From: Pirellulales bacterium | Lineage (GTDB): Bacteria > Planctomycetota > Planctomycetia > Pirellulales > JALHPA01 | DNA: 64,000 bases | Assembly: GCA_040901795.1 (NCBI GenBank) | Contig: JBBDYH010000123.1 | Span: forward strand, 8,569 to 72,568 | Direction: 5' to 3' | Shown here: in pieces, positions 28,376 through 36,571 of the stretch | Layout: each line of letters begins with the position of its first letter | Position numbering within the stretch: the first letter of the stretch is position 1 | Made by a program: the position numbers and the translations under genes | Notes under the pieces: generated by a model | Databases searched by the model: none | What the model was told of the DNA's origin: nothing | What the model saw: only the letters and a program-made list of their open reading frames with translations

Positions 28376-28466
28376 TCACTCCTCGTAGAATCCGTCGCGA
28401 TGGCCAATCTTTTCAACCACAACCGCGTCATCCACCAAATAATCTGCTGCAGGTGATGTGGTTCTT
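28376..28466 (-). pseudogene. Remnant of a RelE/ParE-family toxin (only the last ~22 codons recognisable)
   Basis: Reads DYLVDDAVVVEKIGHRDGFYEE* and stops 2 nt before the antitoxin-like ATG. Upstream sequence in that frame is not toxin-like and is occupied by the flagellar gene. Confidence 0.4.
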
Positions 28467-28910
28467 CTACCGCCGTCGCAGCTCGACAAGATCGTCCAAC
28501 AGCTCGCTCGCCGTGCCGATGACTTGCCGGTTCGCGCGGAACTGGTTTCCCGCAAGCAACATTTGGACCATGTTCTCGCCAAGGTCGGTGTTCGAGAGTT
28601 CACGCGTACCGGCCTCCAGCGAAAGCTCATTGGAATCGCCGGTTGTCGCAAGCGCTCCTGACGACAAATCAACCGCCACTTCCGCCGCCTGCACGCCGCG
28701 GCCGACCTGCACCGGGTTAGTACCACCGTTCGACCCGCTCCGCGGTTCTCCCCGCGAATGCGTCGCCGGAGTCTGGGTGGCGAAGCGTGGAAACGACTGC
28801 TTGTAACTCGCGGTGTTAAGGTTCGCCAGATTATTGGCGACCGTGTCGAGCGTTAGTTCGGCGGCCGCAAGGCCGGTCAGCCCAACCTGCATGACGGAAG
28901 AAAGCCCCAT
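28467..28910 (-). CDS. Short (147 aa) flagellar hook/rod-family protein retaining only the N- and C-terminal conserved segments
   Basis: N-terminus MGLSSVMQVGLTGLAAAELTLDTVANNLANLNTASYK and VGRGVQAAEVAVDLSSGALATTG. C-terminus SNTDLGENMVQMLLAGNQFRANRQVIGTASELLDDLVEL. Confidence 0.6.
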   Translation of the reverse strand: MGLSSVMQVGLTGLAAAELTLDTVANNLANLNTASYKQSFPRFATQTPATHSRGEPRSGSNGGTNPVQVGRGVQAAEVAVDLSSGALATTGDSNELSLEAGTRELSNTDLGENMVQMLLAGNQFRANRQVIGTASELLDDLVELRRR

Positions 28911-29157
28911 GGGTGCAAACTCGCGGCTGCAAATTTTAGAAATGCGCGAACGCGCGGCGAAGTGCCAACACAAGTCTAGCACAGCGCCTGGCCCTGGCCG
29001 TTCGTGCTGATTCAGCGCCCTGGATCGGTGCTACAACCCGCAGAGCCGCTGCGCCCTGAACTTTTGCGCAACGCCTGATGCAATTGTGCAACGTATGTTT
29101 GACTAGCATGCGGAACCCTGGAGATGCCATCCTCCGACAGCGCGGCGGTTTCCTATC

Positions 29158-29583
29158 ATGACTCACAGACCCTGGCTCGACGCTTCTGCGGTAGAGGCCG
29201 ATCCGTCGCGGGATCGCGACGTTGAGCCGGCGGCTGCCGTTGCGCAACCGGACGGCGCCGCATCCAATCCAGAAGATCGCCGCGTCAGTCAGCGCCGTCC
29301 GCATCGCGTCTTTCAGTGGATCGCCCCCTGCATCGAAGGCCGTCTGCCGGATCAGTCGATGTTCTATCAGGTACAGTGCATCGACATCTCGCGCACCGGC
29401 ATCTCGTTCTACATCTATGAGCCCTTGCCGAGCGACGATGTGATCATTGCCATCGGGACTACTGCGGACGCCGTTTATGTCCGCAGCCGCGTGGCGAACT
29501 GCGTGCGACTCGAAGATTCTGACGGAGTGCGTTATCGCGTCGGCTGCGAGCTGCTCGAGCGGATGGGCCCCAAGCGGCAGTGA
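29158..29583 (+). CDS. PilZ domain protein (putative c-di-GMP receptor)
   Basis: QRRPHR (RxxxR) and DISRTGISF (D/NxSxxG) motifs. 141 aa. Confidence 0.75.
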   Translation: MTHRPWLDASAVEADPSRDRDVEPAAAVAQPDGAASNPEDRRVSQRRPHRVFQWIAPCIEGRLPDQSMFYQVQCIDISRTGISFYIYEPLPSDDVIIAIGTTADAVYVRSRVANCVRLEDSDGVRYRVGCELLERMGPKRQ

Positions 29584-29622
29584 GCACTGGAAGTGGTCGG
29601 TGGTCCGCGAGGAAGTGTTCCT

Positions 29623-29645
29623 CCTGAACCCTGAACCCTGAACCC
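29623..29645 (+). repeat. Heptamer microsatellite (CCTGAAC)3 in a 63-nt convergent intergenic gap
   Basis: CCTGAACCCTGAACCCTGAACCC, one nt from the glgC stop (29647-29649). Confidence 0.85.
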
Positions 29646-29646
29646 G

Positions 29647-30936
29647 CTACCGCTCGGCCAGTTCCCCCTCGACAAAGTGCTCGACTCCGTCCGCCTTGGC
29701 GATGACCGTTAGGCCTCCTTCGCTGACCGTGAAGCCGCGCGCCCGGTCTTGCTCGGGATCGTAGCCGATGGAGGTCCCCGGGGGAATCCGCACCCCCTTG
29801 TCGATGATCGCCCGCCGCACCCGTGTACGCCGGCCGATATCCACGCCATCGAACAGGATCGAGTCTTCCACCCTCGCATAGCTGTTGACGCGCACGTTGG
29901 CCCCCAGGATTGAGCGCTCCACCTGACCTCCCGAGACGATGCACCCCTGACAGATGATGCTGTCGAGCGCCTGACCGCGGCGCGGGTCGGCGCCGGTTTC
30001 CGCGAAGACAAACTTAGGAGGCGGATAATTCGGGTGGTGCGTGCGGATGGGCCAATGGTCGTCGTACATGTTCAGCAGCGGATCGACGCTGATCAGGTCC
30101 ATATTGGCCTCGAAATAAGCGTCGAGCGTGCCCACGTCGCGCCAGTAGGCGTCGCGCTTGCGGTTTTCGTCGTGGAACGGAAACGCAAAGATGCGATGCG
30201 TCCGAATCACCGACGGAATGATGTTATGGCCGAAATCGTGCGCGCTTCCCGGGCGCGTAGCATCGAGACAGAGCTGCTCGAACAAGAAACGGGCCGTGAA
30301 GACGTAAATCCCCATCGAAGCCAGACAATGCTCCGGGTCGCCCGGAATCGTCTTAGGATTGAGCTTCTTTTCTTCAAAGCCGATGATCCGGTTGTCTTCC
30401 TCGATCTGCATCACGCCGAAGTCGCGTGCTTCGGGCACGGTCACACGCAGCGCTCCGATCGTCACATCAGCGTTCTTGTCGCGGTGATAGTCGAGCATCG
30501 TCCGGTAATTCATCTTGTAGATGTGATCGCCGGCCAGAATGATTACGTACTCGGGACGCTCCTTCTCGATGGCATAGATGTTCTGGTAGACCGCGTCGGC
30601 CGTGCCCTGGTACCAATGCTCGTCGATCCGCTGCTGCGGCGGAACGACGTCGATGAACTCGCCCAGCTCATGGCAAAAGAACCGTCGCCAGCCCAGGTTG
30701 ATGTGCCGATCGAGGCTCATCGCTTTGTACTGCGTGAGCACCAGGATCTTCTTCAGCCCGCTGTTCAGGCAGTTGGACAACGCGAAATCGACAATCCGGT
30801 ACGAGCCCCCGAACGGCACGGCCGGCTTGGCACGGTCGCGCGTGAGGGGCTCCAACCGAGTTCCCTTGCCGCCCGCCAGGACAACGGTGAGCACGTTCCT
30901 CAGCGGCGAGTCGCCATTGTCGCTGAACTGAATCAA
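29647..30936 (-). CDS. glgC: Glucose-1-phosphate adenylyltransferase
   Basis: Motifs VLAGGKGTRLEPLTRDRAKPAVPFGG, IIDFALSNCLNSG, and a C-terminal left-handed beta-helix region. TTG 30936 is preceded by GGGAGG at a 6-nt spacing and gives 429 aa. Alternative upstream starts at 31008, 31038 and 31065. Confidence 0.92.
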   Translation of the reverse strand: MIQFSDNGDSPLRNVLTVVLAGGKGTRLEPLTRDRAKPAVPFGGSYRIVDFALSNCLNSGLKKILVLTQYKAMSLDRHINLGWRRFFCHELGEFIDVVPPQQRIDEHWYQGTADAVYQNIYAIEKERPEYVIILAGDHIYKMNYRTMLDYHRDKNADVTIGALRVTVPEARDFGVMQIEEDNRIIGFEEKKLNPKTIPGDPEHCLASMGIYVFTARFLFEQLCLDATRPGSAHDFGHNIIPSVIRTHRIFAFPFHDENRKRDAYWRDVGTLDAYFEANMDLISVDPLLNMYDDHWPIRTHHPNYPPPKFVFAETGADPRRGQALDSIICQGCIVSGGQVERSILGANVRVNSYARVEDSILFDGVDIGRRTRVRRAIIDKGVRIPPGTSIGYDPEQDRARGFTVSEGGLTVIAKADGVEHFVEGELAER

Positions 30937-31078
30937 AGTGGGCCTCCCTGGGGCGAGCGATCCAATTGCTAAGGCGAGCGAGCAGACACAGGCCCTTGTC
31001 TCGCTCATGCGGGCATGCCTGCCACGCGAAAGCTCCATTCTAACGGCTTGCTTCCAATGGCTCAAACCGAATGACGCC

Positions 31079-31168
31079 GTTGGAGTTCAAACCGCTGGAG
31101 TTCAAGCTTTAGCCTGCTGGCTGGATTCAAACTTCAGCTTGCAGCTAAGCTAAAGCTTGAACTCCAAC
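31079..31168. repeat. Cluster of R23 units (three forward, one reverse) forming a long inverted repeat
   Basis: 31079-31093 half unit, 31094-31116, 31120-31141, and reverse unit 31146-31168. TGGAGTTCAAGCTTTAGC pairs with GCTAAAGCTTGAACTCCA. Lies 3 nt from the flagellin stop. Confidence 0.85.
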
Positions 31169-31171
31169 CGC

Positions 31172-32035
31172 TCATTCGTCACCGATCAACATGGCGGCGA
31201 GTCGCCGACTCTGGAGTCCGCTCGTGCGAACCGAAAAGAACGCCGCACTGCTCAGGAGCTGCGACCGCACTAGCCGCGACGTTTCGGCCGCCACGTCCGT
31301 ATCGCGAATCGAGCTGAGCGCCGAGGTGAGCTGAACGGCACTCTCTGATAGCACGGCCCGACTACTTTCAACGGTCAACGCCTGAAATGCCCCCACAGAC
31401 GCCCGAGACTTCTGCAACGCCGAACGAGCTTGCCGGACAATATCGATCGCCGCTGCCGGCTGGCCCGCGGCGACGCTCGCCGTGCCGCCACTAGCCAGGT
31501 CTCGCAACACTCCCGCATCGCCTCCCAGCGAGCCGGTGTCGACCTGCGGCAACGAGATGGAAACGGCATCCGCCGGATCGGCCGAAACCACAAACGAAAG
31601 CGTGCTTGCGGACCCATCGAGTAAATTGCGGCCCCCGAACGAGGTGGTAGCGCCAATCCGGTCGATCGCCTCGAGCGCCGCGTCGATTTGCTGTTGGTAA
31701 GCGGCCTTCTCGGCGTCGGTTGCCGTATCGCCCGCCGCCGCCAAGGCGCTGGATTCCACGGTATTGAGCAGCTCGCCCACCTGGCCCATCGCGCTATCGG
31801 CAACGGCGAGCACTGCATCGGCACGGGCGGTGTTCCGTTCCGCGGCTTCGATGGCGGTCAGTTCACTCTCCAGCTCGGCGGCAGCGATCAGGCCGGCCGG
31901 ATCGTCGCTCCCCCGATTGATGCGTCGGAGCGTCGCGAGCCGCTCCAAGGTGCGGTTTTCCTCCACCAGCGACCGTGAAAGTGCGACTCGCGCCGGCATG
32001 GTTCGGTCAGCGAGGATTGAAGTTATCGTCGGCAT
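31172..32035 (-). CDS. Flagellin / FlgL-family filament protein
   Basis: N-terminal flagellin helix (RINRGSDDPAGLIAAAELESEL...AERNTARADAVLAVADSAMGQV). C-terminal helix (LSSIRDTDVAAETSRLVRSQLL). Confidence 0.8.
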   Translation of the reverse strand: MPTITSILADRTMPARVALSRSLVEENRTLERLATLRRINRGSDDPAGLIAAAELESELTAIEAAERNTARADAVLAVADSAMGQVGELLNTVESSALAAAGDTATDAEKAAYQQQIDAALEAIDRIGATTSFGGRNLLDGSASTLSFVVSADPADAVSISLPQVDTGSLGGDAGVLRDLASGGTASVAAGQPAAAIDIVRQARSALQKSRASVGAFQALTVESSRAVLSESAVQLTSALSSIRDTDVAAETSRLVRSQLLSSAAFFSVRTSGLQSRRLAAMLIGDE

Positions 32036-32104
32036 GAGCTATTTCTCTCTCCCCGGTACGGTGAGGCGAGCCAAAGGAGCGTTCGGCTCGCGTATAGTAG
32101 GTCG

Positions 32105-33475
32105 TCATTCCTGGTGCACCCGCGAAAGCCGCCGCGACAGTTCCTCGAGCGTCTGCAACTGGCGATCGCGCTCAGCGCTGTCACTACCCGCTCGGGCATC
32201 CAACCGTTCACGCACCCGCGCGATCCGGCTCCCGAGTCCCGCCACGGTGGCCTGCGGAAACGGTAACGTTCGCACCAGCCTTTCCCGATCCTTGGCGCTC
32301 ACGAGCCGCTCGTAGAGCAACAAGTCGCGCCGTTGGCTCAACAGGTCTTCCAGCTCGTCAAGCAATATCGCCAGCTCTGCAGCGCTGAAATCGTCGTTTG
32401 CTTGCAGAACGCTCTCGACGGTACGCAATCCAACGCCATATCCCGACATGCGTGACCAGAGCTCCCCCACGTTGAAGCCGACGGCGCTCGATGGACGCGA
32501 TTCGATCGTTCGCGCCGGCCTTGCCAGCCGAGCGGGCACGTCCTGAGCGGTCGAGGCATTCGCCGGCGTGGCGAGCGCGATACGTCGCGGCGGCGCCGTG
32601 TCAGCAGCTTGCGGTCCTGAAACCCGGCCACGCGGGTCAGGAGCGGCGATCGCGGGCACGTCACGCGGAATCGGCGCCTCGTCAACATCGACAGCGTTTG
32701 GTCTGTTCAATTCTGAGCGGATGGTTCGCTGGCTCGTCGCAGCGGGCTTTTGATCGACATCGAGGCCTAGGGGAATTGGCTCCGGATCAATCGCGGGCAC
32801 GTCGCGCACTTTTGTCCCGAGCGGTTCCAGCGTGCTCTTGGTTCGAGCCGGAGACTCGACGGCGTCAATTGCCGCCGGCACGCCGACGCTTCCCAATTTG
32901 GAGCGCTCTGCGATCACGTTGGCTGATTGGACTGTAGAAAGCGGCGAATCCCATTCCCCCGGCGCAGTCGGCAGCGGAGTCGCAGCGCGCCGGAGAGTTG
33001 AACGACCCGGCGGCTCACGGTTGGCTGTGACAATTGCTGGCGACTCTGGCTGCACAGCGTCGCCGCGCGATGCACGCCGGCCACGTTGCTCACTGGGCTT
33101 GCCGCGCACACGCAGTGGCCCGAAGTCGGGCGGTTCCGGCAGTGTTCCACGTATCTCGGGTCGCGATTGTTGCGTGGCCTCTTCAAGCCAATGAATCAGC
33201 GCTTGTTGCTCGTTTGGGCGGCCGCCAGCGTCTCGCCAGCGCGCTTGCGCTTGTTCCCCGGCGGCGCGGCGTCGTGCGAACTCCTCGCGATTCAAGCGGT
33301 AGGTGTTATAGACCTGAACGCGAAAACCGCGCATCGCGGCTTCCAGTGCAGGATCGCCTGACCGTTGGACGATTCTAGGCCGACCCCCGTCAGCAACTGC
33401 GAACGTAACGACGGCTTCGGCCAGCCCGGCAACCGAAACAAGTGCTAGCGCGGCAACGCACGCGAAGGCATACAT
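32105..33475 (-). CDS. Secreted Pro/Arg-rich hypothetical protein
   Basis: Signal-like MYAFACVAALALVSVAGLAEA at ATG 33475. Long ORF co-directional with and 69 nt upstream of the flagellin gene. No motif recognised. Confidence 0.6.
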   Translation of the reverse strand: MYAFACVAALALVSVAGLAEAVVTFAVADGGRPRIVQRSGDPALEAAMRGFRVQVYNTYRLNREEFARRRAAGEQAQARWRDAGGRPNEQQALIHWLEEATQQSRPEIRGTLPEPPDFGPLRVRGKPSEQRGRRASRGDAVQPESPAIVTANREPPGRSTLRRAATPLPTAPGEWDSPLSTVQSANVIAERSKLGSVGVPAAIDAVESPARTKSTLEPLGTKVRDVPAIDPEPIPLGLDVDQKPAATSQRTIRSELNRPNAVDVDEAPIPRDVPAIAAPDPRGRVSGPQAADTAPPRRIALATPANASTAQDVPARLARPARTIESRPSSAVGFNVGELWSRMSGYGVGLRTVESVLQANDDFSAAELAILLDELEDLLSQRRDLLLYERLVSAKDRERLVRTLPFPQATVAGLGSRIARVRERLDARAGSDSAERDRQLQTLEELSRRLSRVHQE

Positions 33476-33575
33476 GGCACAAGCCCTAGAACCACTAAAA
33501 TCGGCAGAACGCCGGTGCGCGAACGGCACCGCTCAACCTTAGGCTCTTGAATCGCGGTGTCAAGCTCCCGGCACG

Positions 33576-33977
33576 TCAGAAGACATAACGCTTGAGATCG
33601 AGCATTAAGTCAAAATGTGGGTCGGTGCTGCACACCGCGATCCCGCGCTGTAGAGCCACTGCGGCGACCGTTAGATCACTCAATGGCAACGCATGACCGC
33701 TGGCCATCAGCCGGCGCCCTATCCGCGCCGCAGCACGCCATTCTTCCCATGAAACATCCAGAAATCGAGTCCCGCGCAGTACGGAGCTGACCCAATCCGC
33801 ATGTTCATTGCGCCGAAAACCGAGCAGTACCTCAGTCAGAATTGGACCGATCAACGCGACCCGATCATCATCCAAAAGCTGGTCGATCGCACGCTTCGCT
33901 GCGGACTGAGGTCGATTAAAGAACGGCACCCAGATGCAGGTGTCAACCAGAACTAATCTGCCCGTCGCCATTCCCAT
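33576..33977 (-). CDS. vapC: PIN-domain toxin VapC
   Basis: LVLVDTCIWVPFF (first acidic residue). About 130 aa. Overlaps the upstream small antitoxin-like ORF. Confidence 0.8.
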   Translation of the reverse strand: MGMATGRLVLVDTCIWVPFFNRPQSAAKRAIDQLLDDDRVALIGPILTEVLLGFRRNEHADWVSSVLRGTRFLDVSWEEWRAAARIGRRLMASGHALPLSDLTVAAVALQRGIAVCSTDPHFDLMLDLKRYVF

Positions 33978-34176
33978 CCCTCAATTCCAATTCCTCCAGG
34001 GATCGCCAGTTCTCGTCCATTTCCACCTTTCCTGACAACTCCTTAAGCTGCATTCGACGAGCGAAACGCAGGTATTCGGTCATTGCCGAGCGAACCGCGG
34101 CCTCTTCGACCGTCTCTTTCGTCAGAGCTTTTAGCTCTTGAATTTCTTCTGGAGTGAGATCAACGAGAACGGCCAT
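33943..34176 (-). CDS. Putative VapB-type antitoxin
   Basis: 77 aa, acidic C-terminus. The stop overlaps the vapC start by about 30 nt. Confidence 0.6.
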   Translation of the reverse strand: MAVLVDLTPEEIQELKALTKETVEEAAVRSAMTEYLRFARRMQLKELSGKVEMDENWRSLEELELRDGNGDGQISSG

Positions 34177-34274
34177 GAATCCCTCCGGATGGTGCTATGC
34201 CTAACGGCAATTCTATCATGCCAGCCGCGGCGTCAAGTACAACCTCCATCCTCCAAATTGCTCCTCACCTCACC

Positions 34275-34303
34275 TTGACCCCTTTTCGCCGTCGCCCTAT
34301 ACT
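34275..34303 (+). promoter_or_regulatory. Putative sigma70-type promoter for the PPIase gene
   Basis: TTGACC (34275-34280), 17-nt spacer, TATACT (34298-34303). SD AAGGGAG lies 9 nt before ATG 34424. Confidence 0.55.
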
Positions 34304-34423
34304 CCCGGCCCGCTTGAACGTGACTGCCCGCAGTGCGCCCCGAATGGCGACCCTTGGCCGCCAGCCCGGCGCGCCTCGGTCACACGCCGCAAACCTGTCC
34401 CACCGGTTAAGGGAGTAACCGCC

Positions 34424-36517
34424 ATGAGCCAGCAGGAAGCTGATCTCACGCCCACCCATTCCCGCCCGCCCAATGCACACGAGCAGCCTGGAGCGACTAC
34501 GAAAGCCTCTGGCTCGCAAGTAGCAAGGCCCGCCGGCGCCTCGCGGCGGTGGCGGCGGCGAATCCCTTTGATTCTCGGCGCGTTGGCCGTGATCGGGGCC
34601 TGCGTCGCCATCAAGATGATCGGCGGTCGCACCAACGCCGATGCTCAAGCGCCCGCCGTCAACCGCGGCGGCGCCAAGCCGGCGGCGAGCTCGCCGGTTC
34701 GCAGAGCCAACGCCGAAACGGCCGCGCCCCGCGCCGCCGGGCAGCGGTTGGAAATCATGGCCATTGTCAACGGCGAAGAGATTCAGCGGCAGGAGCTGGC
34801 GCGCGAATGCCTGAGCGTTTTTGGTCAGGAAGTGCTGCAAAGCGTGGTCAACAAGCAGTTGATTCTCGATTACTGTCAACAGCGGCAGGTCACGGTCACC
34901 AGGCAAGACGTCAACGACGAGATCGACCGCATGGCACGCAAGTTCGGGCTGACCACAGATCAGTACCTAAAAATGCTCCAGCAAGAGCGGGACATCGATC
35001 CCGATCAGTACGCGACGGACATCGTCTGGCCGATGGTGGCCTTGCGGCGTCTGGCAAAGGATGAAATCACTCCCACGGATGAAGAGCTGCGCAAGGCGTA
35101 TGAGTCGCAGTACGGCGAGGCGGTCAAGGTCCGCATTATCGTGCTCGACAACGAGGAGGAAGCCCGCCGCATCTCCGCCCTGGCGGCTCAAAACCCTGAC
35201 GACTTCGGCGCACTGGCGAAGAATCATTCCAAGGATCCCAGCGCGGGCTATAACGGCATGATTCAGCCGATCCGCCGAAATGTCGGCCACGCCGCGATCG
35301 AAAAGGCGGCGTTCGCGCTGTCCGCAGGGCAAATCTCTCGCATCATCCCGCTCAAACTCGGCGCCAACGATCAGCAGGGCGCATTGACCCAGTACGTGAT
35401 TCTCAAGTGCGAGGATCACCTGCCGCCCGCGAAAGTGAATGGCAAGCTTGTCGAAGAGCGGCTTCGCGAGTCCATCGTCGAAGCCAAGCTCCGCAATGCC
35501 GCCACGGAGATCTTCAAGCAGCTCCAGAGCGAGGCCACAGTGGTCAACGTTTTCAACGACCCTGTGAAAAGCAAGCAGATGCCCGGCGTGGCCGCCACGA
35601 TCAATGGTCGCAACATCACCCTCCGCGAGCTGGCCGAAGAGTGCTTGGCGCGGCATGGTGTCGAAGTGCTCGAAGGAACCATCAGTCGCCGCCTGCTCGA
35701 GCAGGGCCTGGCACGCGGAAAGCTCACGGTGACTGACCGCGACATCGACGAGGAAATCGCCCGCGCGGCGCTCGCCATGGGTTACAAAACTCCGGATGGC
35801 AAGCCGGATGTGGACAAGTGGCTGGCCAACGTAATCCAGGAGCAAGGTCTGCCCCTGGACGTCTACCGCCGCGATTCGGTGTGGCCTTCCGTCGCGCTCA
35901 AGAAACTGGCGGGCGAGGTGGAAATCACCAACCAAGACTTGCAAAAGGGATACGAAGCCAACTATGGCAAGCGCGTGCGCTGCCGCGCGATCGTATTAGC
36001 CAATCAGCGACGGGCCCAGGAGGTTTGGGAGCAGGCCCGCGTCAATCTGTCGGTCGAGTTCTTCGGCCAGCTTGCCGAGGAACACTCGATCGAGGCGTCG
36101 AGCAAGGCCCTGCAAGGCAAAGTCCCCCCCATCCAGCGGCACGGCGGTCAGCCGCTCTTGGAGAAAGAAGCCTTCTCGCTCAAGCAGGGAGAATTGTCCA
36201 GCATCGTGCAGGTGGGCGACAGTTACGTGATCCTGTTCTGCGAAGGTTTCACCACGCCCACCGAGGTCAGCTTCAACGAGGTGCGGCAGGATATCTACAA
36301 CGACATCCAAGAAAAAAAGCAGCGGATCGCCATGGCCGAAGTGTTTAACCAGTTGAAGGATTCAGCTCAGATCGACAATTTCCTCGCCGGCACCACGCAG
36401 TCGCCCAACAAGAAGGCCAGCCATACCGCGCCCGCGGGCAAGAACGTGGGGACTCCGAAGACTGCCCGTTCGTCTGCTGCGACCGGAAGGCCGGCGCGAA
36501 CGCCGGTGACGCGGTAG
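34424..36517 (+). CDS. Peptidyl-prolyl cis-trans isomerase, SurA/PrsA-like with two parvulin (PpiC) domains
   Basis: N-terminal TM/signal region, two SurA-N-like chaperone segments and two rotamase-like segments (HSKDPSAGYNGMIQPIRR; HSIEASSKALQGKVPPIQRH). Confidence 0.85.
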   Translation: MSQQEADLTPTHSRPPNAHEQPGATTKASGSQVARPAGASRRWRRRIPLILGALAVIGACVAIKMIGGRTNADAQAPAVNRGGAKPAASSPVRRANAETAAPRAAGQRLEIMAIVNGEEIQRQELARECLSVFGQEVLQSVVNKQLILDYCQQRQVTVTRQDVNDEIDRMARKFGLTTDQYLKMLQQERDIDPDQYATDIVWPMVALRRLAKDEITPTDEELRKAYESQYGEAVKVRIIVLDNEEEARRISALAAQNPDDFGALAKNHSKDPSAGYNGMIQPIRRNVGHAAIEKAAFALSAGQISRIIPLKLGANDQQGALTQYVILKCEDHLPPAKVNGKLVEERLRESIVEAKLRNAATEIFKQLQSEATVVNVFNDPVKSKQMPGVAATINGRNITLRELAEECLARHGVEVLEGTISRRLLEQGLARGKLTVTDRDIDEEIARAALAMGYKTPDGKPDVDKWLANVIQEQGLPLDVYRRDSVWPSVALKKLAGEVEITNQDLQKGYEANYGKRVRCRAIVLANQRRAQEVWEQARVNLSVEFFGQLAEEHSIEASSKALQGKVPPIQRHGGQPLLEKEAFSLKQGELSSIVQVGDSYVILFCEGFTTPTEVSFNEVRQDIYNDIQEKKQRIAMAEVFNQLKDSAQIDNFLAGTTQSPNKKASHTAPAGKNVGTPKTARSSAATGRPARTPVTR

Positions 36518-36571
36518 TGTTTCGGTGACGCGACGGTTTTCGGACAGCGCCCGTTTCACCGGCTTCGCCCG

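Noticed and set aside
28376-28726. 116-aa ORF as an intact toxin gene
   Set aside because: Only the last ~22 residues look RelE/ParE-like. The remainder overlaps the flagellar hook/rod-family gene and is Arg/Cys-rich.
28985-29010. Possible sigma54 promoter (TGGCC...TGCT) near the flagellar/PilZ divergent region
   Set aside because: The GG-to-GC spacing is 8 nt rather than the required 10.
30034-30972. 312-aa ORF antisense to glgC. Similar antisense ORFs occur at 7839-8807, 34967-35944, 38553-39395 and 49694-50644.
   Set aside because: All are nested in well-supported genes and have low-complexity, Arg-rich composition.
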